A DNA stretch of 64,000 nt from a virus, in the IMG/VR virus record IMGVR_UViG_3300044797_000101, positions 55,810 to 119,809 of that record; one strand, written 5' to 3'. Positions 29,871 through 39,374 of the stretch are shown one piece after another. Made by a program: the position numbers and the translations under genes. The notes below the pieces were generated by a model. The model ran no database searches. It saw only the letters and a program-made list of their open reading frames with translations, and was not told where the DNA came from. Numbering within the stretch: position 1 is the first letter of the stretch; each line of letters starts with the position of its first letter.

Positions 29871-30203
29871 CTACCATACATCCTCCTCTTCCGATTGTTG
29901 GAATGTTTTAAGCCATGAGTGAATCTGAAGCTCTAACAATGTAAATCCGTCTTGATCAAAATTGGCGATAAACTCTCTCTTGAATGCTTGATGATATATC
30001 TTAGCAACATGTGCACTACCAACAGCATCGTAAAGGATCGCCGCAGCAGTTTGGCTTGGTCCTGACCCAAAGTATCCCCATTCTGTATCTGCTCCGTAAT
30101 CGTACACATCCTTCTTTGATGGACCTAGATCTAAAAGCTTTCCATCCACATAGACGTTAGCCGTATATCCTGGAACAGCACGAATGCCTACGTAGATCTT
30201 CAT
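29871..30203 (-). CDS. DUF6166-like protein
   Basis: EWGYFGSGPSQTAAAIL...YHQAFKREFIA. Confidence 0.65.
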   Translation of the reverse strand: MKIYVGIRAVPGYTANVYVDGKLLDLGPSKKDVYDYGADTEWGYFGSGPSQTAAAILYDAVGSAHVAKIYHQAFKREFIANFDQDGFTLLELQIHSWLKTFQQSEEEDVW

Positions 30204-30448
30204 CCTACAAGCTCCCAAACTGCTTTTTCAGACATCGTATGGTTACATGAGATACAGATATAAAGCTTACCTATCTTCTCTAAATGAACTAGCTTACAGC
30301 TTGGGCATAAGACATTCTCTAAATCTGGGTTATGTCCTGCTGCATCATAGCCAAAGCATAAACAATCCAAACAGATATTTGTTGGACCACATCTATGCCT
30401 CTCTTCTATATGCTTACAGACACAAGGTAATTTCTTATATAAGCTCAC
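30200..30448 (-). CDS. Cys-rich Zn-binding protein (CxCxH finger, no motif)
   Basis: CVCKH..H..CLDCLC..CPSC..CISC. Confidence 0.6.
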   Translation of the reverse strand: MSLYKKLPCVCKHIEERHRCGPTNICLDCLCFGYDAAGHNPDLENVLCPSCKLVHLEKIGKLYICISCNHTMSEKAVWELVG

Positions 30449-30690
30449 TTATCTTTGTCCTTATTCTTAGCTGCCCACTCCAAAAATTCTAGGTTGTCCT
30501 TAGGTATAAACTGGTTACAAGGACATTTCTTATAATCTCCAAGCTCATTAACAAACGCATCAACACAATACTTAATCTTCTTTTGATCAATAAATAGATG
30601 AGACATTAAGACATGGCTGCAAGTTCTGCACACGCTTAATGCTCTAGTAAGTCGATCTACAATCTCGCCGTCAGCGTTATTGTCCATCAT
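30445..30690 (-). CDS. NLxYLE-motif Zn-binding small protein (outlier)
   Basis: CRTCSH..H..C..CPC; FIPKDNLEFLEW. Confidence 0.8.
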   Translation of the reverse strand: MMDNNADGEIVDRLTRALSVCRTCSHVLMSHLFIDQKKIKYCVDAFVNELGDYKKCPCNQFIPKDNLEFLEWAAKNKDKDK

Positions 30691-31146
30691 AGTACAGAGT
30701 TATATTAAATTCGCTTCCATCAGAACCATCATAGATTGTCACATGCACGTTTAAAGCTTCATCCAGTACAAGATTAGAATAACGACGAAGGACGTTATCC
30801 TTAATCATCCTACCAAGGACACGTGTCATAGCACTCTTAATATTTCTTTCAGTAGCTGATTCAGAAGAAAAGCATAACTCTGCCGATAATAGCTGATCTA
30901 GCATTAGTTTATAAGTCTCGTGACTGAAGTGGCTCATTTATTTTGCACCCATATGTTCGCGAATAGCTCGCGTATTGTCCGCTGTTTGCGCCGAAGTAAC
31001 CTGGATCTGACTAACTATATCAATCATCTTATGAAGCAATGCTCTATACGTATTATCTGATTCTGCATTTAGGGATGGAACTGTAATCCATCCGATAAAG
31101 ATCCCAGCAATTATAAATAAAACATTTGTCTTATTCATAAAAGGAT

Positions 31147-31356
31147 CTATCCGTTTGCTTCTGGTGTTTCAGGTAATTTAGCCACTTGAGCAGCTTTGAT
31201 ACCAGCACTGATCGCAGCCTTATGAGCCGCAGTTTTCTTGCGTCCCTTTAAAGCTTCGCTAATAGCTTTGGCGTGCTCATCGGTAAAAAGCTTGCCAGCT
31301 TTAGCAGCCGCAATCTTAGCCTTTGTCTCAGGTGAATGTGCTTGACCTTTACGCAT
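31147..31356 (-). CDS. NUMOD3-repeat DNA-binding small protein
   Basis: KGQAHSPETKAKIA, GKLFTDEHAKAIS, GRKKTAAHKAAIS repeats. Confidence 0.7.
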   Translation of the reverse strand: MRKGQAHSPETKAKIAAAKAGKLFTDEHAKAISEALKGRKKTAAHKAAISAGIKAAQVAKLPETPEANG

Positions 31357-32009
31357 TTTTGTTTATCTCCTTTAACCTACTGAGCGCTTCGACATACTCA
31401 ATATTCGTTATGCACTTTGTTCTTACGTGCTCTTTAGCATCCTCTTCATTTCTTATGTTGCAAATTCCTCTACTACACTGATCACGCTTGTAGATAGTCA
31501 AACCACGTGAGAACGCAAACCAACGTGTGAGATTAGTCCTCATGCTTTAGTGTGCAAATCACATTGCCGCGTAGTCGAATGACATCTCGACCATAATCAT
31601 CTAGCACGATTGTTCCGTTATCTTCTACATACATAAAATAGCCTGAGAATACCTCATCTGATCCTGGATAGCTACAATCCACGGGAGGATTGCCTATGAT
31701 ATTTACAGGAGCGTGAGCGTCAGTAACAAGATGACCCTTCTCAACCGTTACATATCGAATGCTAGTGCAGCTGGACAGTAACAATGGAACAGCTAGCCAT
31801 AGGTATCTCATTCTGTATCTCCCTCTAGTTTTAGACGTTTACGTTCAAAACAAAGTGAACTTCTATGATCAGCATAAGTATCTCTACAATCTTTTAGGGT
31901 CTTATATTCGCATGAGACAGTTTTCTTCGCGTAATCAACGAGACAGTAATCTTGTTTACCAGATTTTGTGTAATGTTTAAACGCTTGATGTGGTTCCAGC
32001 GTGAAAAGA

Positions 32010-32402
32010 CTAAATAGGAATAGTAACATATCCCACTCCAGTTTTATGAGGGAAAATGGCTTGCTTCACGCCACGTTCCTTTAAAAGACGTTGGCAAAGA
32101 TCACACGGACCAGAAAAGCAGAGGTTGCCAGTAGATACATTCTGACCCCAAATATAAACTGCCGCTCCACGTACAGAGAAGTCACACTTCAGTAATGCGT
32201 CGCACTCAGCATGCAACCCAAAATAACGTCGTTCACCATTCTGACTCGTTATCTTAGGCATCTTAGGATGCGACTTACGATTGCGTCCTGTTGCTAAAAC
32301 CTTATTCCCATCCACAATGACGACCCCGAATTGACGCTTCATCTCTGTACTCTTCAGAGCCATTTCGCGTGCAACCTTCAGGAATCGATTGTGATTAGCC
32401 AC
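32010..32402 (-). CDS. dCMP/cytidine deaminase-family protein
   Basis: LHAE and PCDLC zinc motifs. Confidence 0.85.
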   Translation of the reverse strand: MANHNRFLKVAREMALKSTEMKRQFGVVIVDGNKVLATGRNRKSHPKMPKITSQNGERRYFGLHAECDALLKCDFSVRGAAVYIWGQNVSTGNLCFSGPCDLCQRLLKERGVKQAIFPHKTGVGYVTIPI

Positions 32403-32730
32403 GCGGATGGTTCCTTCGATACTCTTCTGTCAATCGCATATTCTCAAGATCAACATCATCATATGTAGAATCAGCCCAAAGACGAGCAAAGAATTTCGCT
32501 TCTTGTGGAGTGTATCCATGCGTTAATGCATGTTGTTCAGTCGTGAGAATGCCTTCTAATTGAGTCTCACATTCCGGACAAGTTACAGGCACATTTGCAT
32601 CTGAATATTCAGCGGCCATTTGTATTCTCCTCAGGTTTTCTAATCCAGCCTTTATATTCCTGGAATAGGAAATCACATTCATCACAGCATTGAGATTCTT
32701 GAGTTTGCTCTAGTATAGGGTCCATAATCT

Positions 32731-32759
32731 ATTCTACCATAAGTAGGTAAAAATGTACA
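32731..32759 (-). promoter_or_regulatory. sigma70-type promoter, probably leaderless transcript
   Basis: TGTACA-17nt-TAGAAT with TG; ATG at 32725. Confidence 0.65.
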
Positions 32760-33130
32760 TAGTTATTTACTTTTCTTTTGTTTGCTTTCCTTAACAATCT
32801 TAACATCAGAAGTGGTTGCTTTTTCAACCAGTTTTCTAAACTTCTCTAAAAGATTATCATCGGCAACTACATTTAACTTCTCAGGTGTACCCTTCTTTTT
32901 TAATGCCATTTTAAGCTCCTTAATTCCACCTATAGGAATCACTGTCATACTGTACTTCTATCTCATCCCCGTCTGTTCCTGATGCTCTCTTACGCTCAAA
33001 CATGTTACAATCACAACCATCTACAGAATCACAGTACCAAAGCCCGAATGTAGATTGTTCATGCAATCTAAATGTGTGATCACAATTTCTACATAGAAAG
33101 CTCATCTCGTCCATGTTTCTATATACTCCT

Positions 33131-33172
33131 TAAAAAGATGCTCCGTTCCGAAGGGAGGGTCGGAAACGGAGC
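33131..33172 (-). terminator. putative intrinsic terminator
   Basis: GCTCCGTTTCCGA...TCGGAACGGAGC stem on minus strand followed by ATCTTTTT. Confidence 0.55.
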
Positions 33173-33176
33173 GAAA

Positions 33177-33500
33177 TCAAGACTTCTTGGTCTTCTTAGT
33201 CTTTGCTTTGGCTTTTTTCTTTTTAGGTACTTCCTGCTTCTTTTCAGCTTCTTTAAGCATCTTCGCAAGATCTTCTATCGTCATTCCTGAACCAGCTGCT
33301 TCTGCTTGTTTCTTCTGACACGCTTCACAGTAGCATTGAACCTTAAGTGCTGATCCGTCTTCGTTAAAGACATGAGCGCATTCAGAACACTTCCAATGGT
33401 TCCCTAATAAGGTCTTAGAGGAAGGTGATTTACAGGTAACACAAGGAATAGATCCTTCATGTCCTGAGAAATCATTAAGCTCTGCCCATATATCGCTCAT
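33177..33500 (-). CDS. Zn-ribbon protein with basic tail
   Basis: CVTC, CSEC, CYCEAC; Lys-rich C-terminus. Confidence 0.6.
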   Translation of the reverse strand: MSDIWAELNDFSGHEGSIPCVTCKSPSSKTLLGNHWKCSECAHVFNEDGSALKVQCYCEACQKKQAEAAGSGMTIEDLAKMLKEAEKKQEVPKKKKAKAKTKKTKKS

Positions 33501-34065
33501 GTTATTCTGTTACAGTGCCTTCGCGTTCCGCACGTGCAAGAGCAATCTCATCACGTTTCTCTTTACGAGCCTTACGTTGAAGACGACCAGCAAGCTTGTT
33601 CTTGATAAAGGATGTGCTGCGACCACCTTTACGAGATTTGCGGCTAGGAGTATCTGCTGCTTTTGGTTGCGGTGTATATTTTGGCATGTTATTTGCCCTC
33701 CCTAATTTTAGTAACAAGTTTTGGATTCGCTTTAATGATCTTAGAAACCTTCTTGACTAGCAACTGAAAGTTCACGCTGTCCTGATTGAACCAAGTGAGT
33801 AGTTGCTGAGGATCAAGAGTATGGACTCCTTCTAGCAGTTTCACCTTACTCTTTTCAAGCAGCAGCTCGTCTAACTTCGATCCCTTGCTCATGACTTTCG
33901 AACTCCTTTAGTTTTAAAGGGCACGATATAAAGTAGATACGGTCGACCCTTTTTACCAAGCTTGTTGACCTTTACGCCTGAAGCAAGCCCAATCTTTACG
34001 ATATCATCACCTGCTGCTACAGCTGCCTTCTTAGTCTTGAAGCTATCGTGGAATACCCAAGCCAT

Positions 34066-35178
34066 CTACTTATCCTCGCGAGCCGCACGAGAAGCTTTAC
34101 CAACCTTGAGGATACGATCATCAAGCTCAACCAATGCACTCACGACTTCAGACGGAAGCTCATGGATCAACATCGCAGCAATGTCTGCGCTAATGTCATC
34201 GATGAAATCAATCAGGTTCTTCATCTGAGGTTTAGTCAGCTTCTTGTTAGAGGTCTCAGCGATACCAACGATCTGCTTAATCGTGACGTGCATCTCATCG
34301 GTTTTCTTTAATTGTTTTTTGATCTTGTCTTTCACCTTGTCGTACTCATTCAAGACCTCTTCACCGTTCACAGGACGTTCATAGTTCTTGTCCATGAATT
34401 TGATGAAAGCAACCGCCGCATCTTTACCGAGAATACCAGCGATGATCTCGAACTCAAGATCCTGAGGAATTGCTTTGGCTTTGAAGAGCAACGCCAACGT
34501 ATCACCCCAACCAGCAGGTGTTCGTTTGACTGGGAAGTCAAACTCTTCGTTCTCATACAACATCTCTTTGTGCGTACCAATAAAGCCAGTAATTTCAGGT
34601 GGCACATTGCCAATCGTGGTTGCCCAATCAAGCCAAGCATTGACATTGGGTTTCACGACGACAACCGAGCAGCGACGAATCAAGGCTTTATCAAGTGTTT
34701 CAACCTGATAGTCACCAGAATCTGTTTCAGGATTCATCGCAAGCACGATCGTCCAACCATCAGGAAGAACAGAGGTATGAAGAACGCGATCCCAAATGAA
34801 CTGGAAGATACACTGGCGGACATCGTTCGGAGCGCGATTAAGCTCTTCCAAACAAATGATCCCACGCGTACCTTCTTTCGGAAACCATGAAGGACGAGCC
34901 CAATGTGTCTCATGTTGACCATGCACAATCGAAGCATTACCGTTCTTATCCGTGACGGTTTTGCAGTCGTCCGTGCAACGCTGATAAGGAATACCGATAA
35001 GATCTGATGGTTCTTGCGTAGCTAAACGCAAGTCAATAAACCCACAATTCAACTCTTTCGCTAATTGTTTTTCAATAGCAGATTTACCAATACCTGATGG
35101 TCCAACCATCGCAATGGTTACTGGTACCTGTTTCTCAGCGATATTTTTGATGTAGCGTTTAGCGTCATTAATGTGCAT
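34066..35178 (-). CDS. MoxR-like AAA+ ATPase
   Basis: GPSGIGKS Walker A, DLIGIP, LEELNRA, AMNP, LDKALIRR. Confidence 0.85.
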   Translation of the reverse strand: MHINDAKRYIKNIAEKQVPVTIAMVGPSGIGKSAIEKQLAKELNCGFIDLRLATQEPSDLIGIPYQRCTDDCKTVTDKNGNASIVHGQHETHWARPSWFPKEGTRGIICLEELNRAPNDVRQCIFQFIWDRVLHTSVLPDGWTIVLAMNPETDSGDYQVETLDKALIRRCSVVVVKPNVNAWLDWATTIGNVPPEITGFIGTHKEMLYENEEFDFPVKRTPAGWGDTLALLFKAKAIPQDLEFEIIAGILGKDAAVAFIKFMDKNYERPVNGEEVLNEYDKVKDKIKKQLKKTDEMHVTIKQIVGIAETSNKKLTKPQMKNLIDFIDDISADIAAMLIHELPSEVVSALVELDDRILKVGKASRAAREDK

Positions 35179-35212
35179 TGTTATCTCCCATTATTATTTT
35201 CTAACCTGCTTT

Positions 35213-35241
35213 ATTATAACAGATATTTACCTACTTGTCAA
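35213..35241 (-). promoter_or_regulatory. consensus sigma70 promoter
   Basis: TTGACA-17nt-TATAAT perfect consensus with TG. Confidence 0.9.
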
Positions 35242-35245
35242 CCCC

Positions 35246-36544
35246 CTACTTCTGTCTTTTTTTATCTGGGTTGTCAATCAACGATATAACGTGTCCAAAC
35301 GGCATCTTCTGTTTCGGTCCTGTTAATACCCAAAGAACTGGATAAGGTGGACGTTTGCACTGTTCTTGATCTCCATATCCGTCTGTAAAGAAGATCAAAA
35401 GATCAGTCTTAATCTTCTTTTCTTTGACATGCTTAAAGACAGGAAGGAAGCTTGTGCCGCCTCGTCCTTTAAAGTTTGTCTGGGCACGTTTGTACTTGTT
35501 GAGCGTATAGGTCTTCTGAATGTCAGCGTCACACTCCATGACAGTCATTGTTCCTTTATAGCAAGATTGAATGGCTCGCAGCTCAGACAAGAAGTCTTTC
35601 AAATCCTCACTGCCTACAGAACCGCTTGTGTCGATTGCAATGCTCACTGATACCATGCGATCGCTTAGCTTACCCTTCTGTGTGTCACCGAATCGACGGT
35701 TGGGACGTTTCCAAGATCGTTTAGAACCAGCTTTAATAGACGCAGCCAAGAACTTCTTGAGAAGCGTACGCCAGGAAATCACTGGAGGTTTAAGCCATTC
35801 CCCAATCGCTTCTTCTAATCCATAAGGCATCGTTCCACGCGCTTTCTGAGTTGCTTCAACCGCTTCCTTTACTGCTTGACGAATAACCTCTTTGGCAAGC
35901 TCTGGAACATCTCCAGCTTCATTGCCTTCAGACTGCTTATCCTTATTGTTACAGATATTCTTAATCTTAACTTTCCCGATTGTATTCCCTTGTCCATCTT
36001 TTAAGGTGATCTCTGTATTCCCTTGTCCATCGTCAGAAATCTCCATCTTTCCGCCTTTGCCATCTTTACCCTTCGCGGTCTTTTTCAATTCTTTATAGTA
36101 GTTCTCTGACGTATCATCGTCTTTCAAATTAACCTTAACGCCTTGCTTCGCAAACTGTTCAGTGATCGACGCAGGAGTACATGCTCCTTTAGGAAGCTTC
36201 TGAATGTTCTTGTTGGCATTCATGTCTTGTGCGATATTGGCAAGTGAGGAATTCTCTTTATACTCGTCACGCATACGAGTTAAGTGACCAAGCACGACGT
36301 GATTGCACTCATGAGTAAGAACAGCGACAGCTTCTTCAACTGTCAGCGTCTCAAGGAATTCAGGATTAAAGTAGAAGTTGATGCGACCATTCTCAATAGC
36401 AACAGCTTCAGTGGGAATCTGTTTGGCCAATTCACCAACGCACTCAATCTTACGCATCTGAGACAAAAGGCTAGCATAGAACGGACTCGTTTGGATGAGT
36501 CGAATGCTCAGCTTTTCCATCATTGTCATTGATTCACTTGACAT
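35246..36544 (-). CDS. metallopeptidase-like (HExxH) plus vWA domain protein (DUF2201-like)
   Basis: THECNH, NIAQD, IDTSGS MIDAS, GRGGTSF, FFTDGY. Confidence 0.85.
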   Translation of the reverse strand: MSSESMTMMEKLSIRLIQTSPFYASLLSQMRKIECVGELAKQIPTEAVAIENGRINFYFNPEFLETLTVEEAVAVLTHECNHVVLGHLTRMRDEYKENSSLANIAQDMNANKNIQKLPKGACTPASITEQFAKQGVKVNLKDDDTSENYYKELKKTAKGKDGKGGKMEISDDGQGNTEITLKDGQGNTIGKVKIKNICNNKDKQSEGNEAGDVPELAKEVIRQAVKEAVEATQKARGTMPYGLEEAIGEWLKPPVISWRTLLKKFLAASIKAGSKRSWKRPNRRFGDTQKGKLSDRMVSVSIAIDTSGSVGSEDLKDFLSELRAIQSCYKGTMTVMECDADIQKTYTLNKYKRAQTNFKGRGGTSFLPVFKHVKEKKIKTDLLIFFTDGYGDQEQCKRPPYPVLWVLTGPKQKMPFGHVISLIDNPDKKRQK

Positions 36545-36650
36545 AGTTATTCCTCATCCTCTTCGATCGAAATTTCTTCCTCAACCTCTTCTGGTTCAGG
36601 AAAATTCATATAGTACAGCTGCAGCTTGCTATCACTAGGCATCATATCTT

Positions 36651-36679
36651 ATTCTACCAGATAATTCTTATCTTGTCAA
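36651..36679 (-). promoter_or_regulatory. sigma70-type promoter, probably leaderless transcript
   Basis: TTGACA-17nt-TAGAAT with TG; ATG at 36645. Confidence 0.8.
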
Positions 36680-36682
36680 GCT

Positions 36683-37048
36683 TTATTTTACCTCAGCGAA
36701 CCACTTGACAATGACGTTCTTGCTAACCTTCGTCTCATCAAAAATAACACCATCTCTCACTGCAAACGCATGACCAGCTTTAATGATATAGAATGAACCT
36801 TTTGGATGCGCAATTAGAAATGAAGATAAAGAGATTCTGCAACGTGTTCCTTTAAGACCCAATTCTGTGAGTGTAGGAATAGTATGATAGGAAGCGCAAC
36901 GATTGCGTCTTCCACCCCATTTGAACACTTCATGTGCTTGATAATAAGGAATATCAGCAGCGTTCGCTAAAGCTCGAACTGCGCAATCGCGACGTTCTTT
37001 CACATAACCTGCTGCTAAACGACCGCCATCAGTTAGTTGGATATTCAT
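36683..37048 (-). CDS. conserved phage protein (DCxVRA...H, papain-like?)
   Basis: DGGR...DCAVRALA...GHAFAVRDG. Confidence 0.65.
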   Translation of the reverse strand: MNIQLTDGGRLAAGYVKERRDCAVRALANAADIPYYQAHEVFKWGGRRNRCASYHTIPTLTELGLKGTRCRISLSSFLIAHPKGSFYIIKAGHAFAVRDGVIFDETKVSKNVIVKWFAEVK

Positions 37049-37054
37049 ATCCTA

Positions 37055-37083
37055 TTTATACCAGGAGAAGGTAAGTATGTAAA
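37055..37083 (-). promoter_or_regulatory. sigma70-type promoter, probably leaderless transcript
   Basis: TTTACA-17nt-TATAAA with TG; ATG 37048 lies 6 nt after the -10. Confidence 0.65.
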
Positions 37084-37103
37084 TGGGTCTTTAGGCCCAA
37101 AGA

Positions 37104-37838
37104 TTAATTTATTTTGATGGGGGCTTGTTTTACAGCTTCTTTAGTGGTACGGTAGGTTTTCGTTGATTCTTTTAAACGAGCTAACAAATCAGCCATAAAT
37201 TGAGAGTATAATGACTGATCTTGGTGGACAACTTTGTAGGAATTAACAACGGCAGCAAGACACACCTGAATGACTTCTTCAAATGCCTCAGTAAGGTTGC
37301 GGCTAGAATCTTGATCTAGTTGATTCTTTAGGACTGCAATCTTCTCAATGATCGTAACCATCTGCTTACGGTTCTGAAGGATAACCATCTGCATCTGAGG
37401 ATCAAGGAAATTCTGCTGACTAAGCTCTAAACGTTTGCTCGTATCACTACAATCTTTAAAGAGGGATACAAGCGCAGCTTTCTTATCAACTAAACTAACG
37501 TTTGCGTCTGTAAAATTTTCAATGACAGCTAATAGCTCTGGCGGAGTATTCATGACCTGAGTTTTGAGTGCAAGATCAATCTCCTTAATCTTGAACTTCT
37601 TTTCATAGTTGTAGAATGCAACCTTCGTGAGTGCAGCAAGCTGTGGGAAATCTTTTGTATATTTCTCAATCATGTACTTGCGGGTTGCCGAGGGATTCTT
37701 GGCTCGCATGTGTGTATCCATATCCTCACGCACTTCTTTGGGAAGACGTTCAAGGAATCCACGATTGGTTGATCTATCAACCTTTGCTGGCTCTGCTGCT
37801 GGTTGTTCTGGAAGTGGTTCTGTATTTTCTTCGTTCAT
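37104..37838 (-). CDS. helical hypothetical protein
   Basis: 244-aa ORF with GAGG SD. Confidence 0.6.
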   Translation of the reverse strand: MNEENTEPLPEQPAAEPAKVDRSTNRGFLERLPKEVREDMDTHMRAKNPSATRKYMIEKYTKDFPQLAALTKVAFYNYEKKFKIKEIDLALKTQVMNTPPELLAVIENFTDANVSLVDKKAALVSLFKDCSDTSKRLELSQQNFLDPQMQMVILQNRKQMVTIIEKIAVLKNQLDQDSSRNLTEAFEEVIQVCLAAVVNSYKVVHQDQSLYSQFMADLLARLKESTKTYRTTKEAVKQAPIKIN

Positions 37839-38407
37839 AATGTTACCTCTAAAAACTTTAGTGTTTGAGTTAATTGTGTGTATATGATCTTGACTTCTCG
37901 ATAAGTCATAACACCACGTGTACCAAATCGCTTACAAACCTCTACATAGGTTAAGGCTGGATTCTTATAAACAGCTGTAAGGATCTTCTGCTGTCGTCCA
38001 TTGATAAGCTCGTTCGTTTCCCAAAAGATCTCTGTAATTAAGGAACGTTTCAACTTCTTGATCTTCTTAAGCATCTCAATTAGCTTGTCAAAAGGCTTGT
38101 TCTCGATCAAATCTGGCCATATAATCTTCAAGGCCATATCAGGATACCTTTTTGCTGTTTCGGTGCGTAGATCAGTCATTACCTGCGTCCTAACCAGCAA
38201 TCCTAGGCTCACTCCTGATCCAAACTTATAAGTAATTAGGATTCGTTCTACTGCATTCTTAACTAGTTCCTCAATCTCAGGTTTCTGAAATGGGAACTTC
38301 TTAATCTTACCTACCTCATTGCACGAGTGCTCAATCAAATCAGCCTTGAGTAGTTCCATCTCTTTTTCAGATAACTTATTCTCTAAATAGATTCTACTTC
38401 GACGCAT
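37835..38407 (-). CDS. possible divergent sigma-like/HTH protein
   Basis: C-terminal INGRQQKIL...LTYVEVCKRFG resembles sigma region 4. Confidence 0.4.
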   Translation of the reverse strand: MRRSRIYLENKLSEKEMELLKADLIEHSCNEVGKIKKFPFQKPEIEELVKNAVERILITYKFGSGVSLGLLVRTQVMTDLRTETAKRYPDMALKIIWPDLIENKPFDKLIEMLKKIKKLKRSLITEIFWETNELINGRQQKILTAVYKNPALTYVEVCKRFGTRGVMTYREVKIIYTQLTQTLKFLEVTL

Positions 38408-38826
38408 TAGTCTTCCTTATTTTTACGGTCTTTGGCAAAGCCTTTCAAATTAATAGGTACACGCAATCGTTTCTGGATCTTCTTGATTGAGGCTTTCAAA
38501 GCACGTGAAACATAATTCTGTACACAACCAACCTGCTGCGCGATCTCACTCTCTGGCATCTGGTAGATGTATCGCATTGAGAAGATCTGAAACTGTGCAT
38601 CCGTAAGAACCTGCGATGAAGCTTTAAAGATCTTTTTCAATAGCTTCTCTTGCTTACGTACAATATGCCTACGCTTGTCATAATCCTGTTTCTGTTCTAG
38701 CAACAGCGATTGTTGCTTTGCTGCCTTTTCCAAATCTTCATGAGACATACTAATCTCAATGTAGTTGGGATTTTCGTAATCTAGTGCTGATTCAGTCGGT
38801 TTTGGTTTTGATTTGGTTCGTTTCAT
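38407..38826 (-). CDS. sigma70 region-4 HTH protein
   Basis: LTDAQFQIFSMRY...MPESEIAQQVGCVQNYVSRALKASIKKI. Confidence 0.75.
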   Translation of the reverse strand: MKRTKSKPKPTESALDYENPNYIEISMSHEDLEKAAKQQSLLLEQKQDYDKRRHIVRKQEKLLKKIFKASSQVLTDAQFQIFSMRYIYQMPESEIAQQVGCVQNYVSRALKASIKKIQKRLRVPINLKGFAKDRKNKED

Positions 38827-39374
38827 TGAGGTGCACTATCGGATATTTTTGTAAGATGTGATAAGTTCACAGTTACAGGCGTTGATCGTCCAAAGATCAA
38901 TGTATCGATAGATGCACTATGACCCGATATTTTCATTACAATACCTTTAAATCCAATCAATGGTCCAACGCAAATCTCAACTAGGTTCCCCACTACAATA
39001 TCAATTATCTCTTCTGGTGTAGGTGCTGCATTTGCCATTTCTAATTCTTTAATATGATCAATCTCTTCTTGTTTAATAGGAGTAGGAAGATCGTGCTCAT
39101 CATTATGAGGCAGCTTTAAAAACTTACCTACTTTAGCTTCCATCAAGGCTTGCTCAAGCTTGCTATCATCAATAACAGCTTGAAGGAAGACATATCCTGG
39201 AAACAAGAGTTTTTCACTATCCTTAATTCGTCCTGTTATGGTACCAGCGACTCGTACCATTGGTGTCCAAAGTTCACCCTCATAATCCAAAACATCTAGG
39301 ATACCTTGAATTTTAATGATCGCTCTTGGACCCATTCCTTGGGTTGAAATTATGTACCATGCTTTTTCAGTCAT
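38823..39374 (-). CDS. nusG: NusG/RfaH-family transcription elongation/antitermination factor
   Basis: WYIIST, LFPGYVFLQ (NGN); GNLVEICVGPLIGFKGIV and IFGRSTPVTV (KOW). Confidence 0.85.
   Translation of the reverse strand: MTEKAWYIISTQGMGPRAIIKIQGILDVLDYEGELWTPMVRVAGTITGRIKDSEKLLFPGYVFLQAVIDDSKLEQALMEAKVGKFLKLPHNDEHDLPTPIKQEEIDHIKELEMANAAPTPEEIIDIVVGNLVEICVGPLIGFKGIVMKISGHSASIDTLIFGRSTPVTVNLSHLTKISDSAPQ

Noticed and set aside
27311-31543. ENIDYLS (27311..27790) and TNIEYVE (31349..31543) as additional tag copies
   Set aside because: Too degenerate to count confidently without an HMM; excluded from the 40
35981-36031. 18-bp direct repeat TGTATTCCCTTGTCCATC
   Set aside because: An in-frame duplication encoding DGQGNT twice in a linker of the vWA protein; no sign of a mobile element
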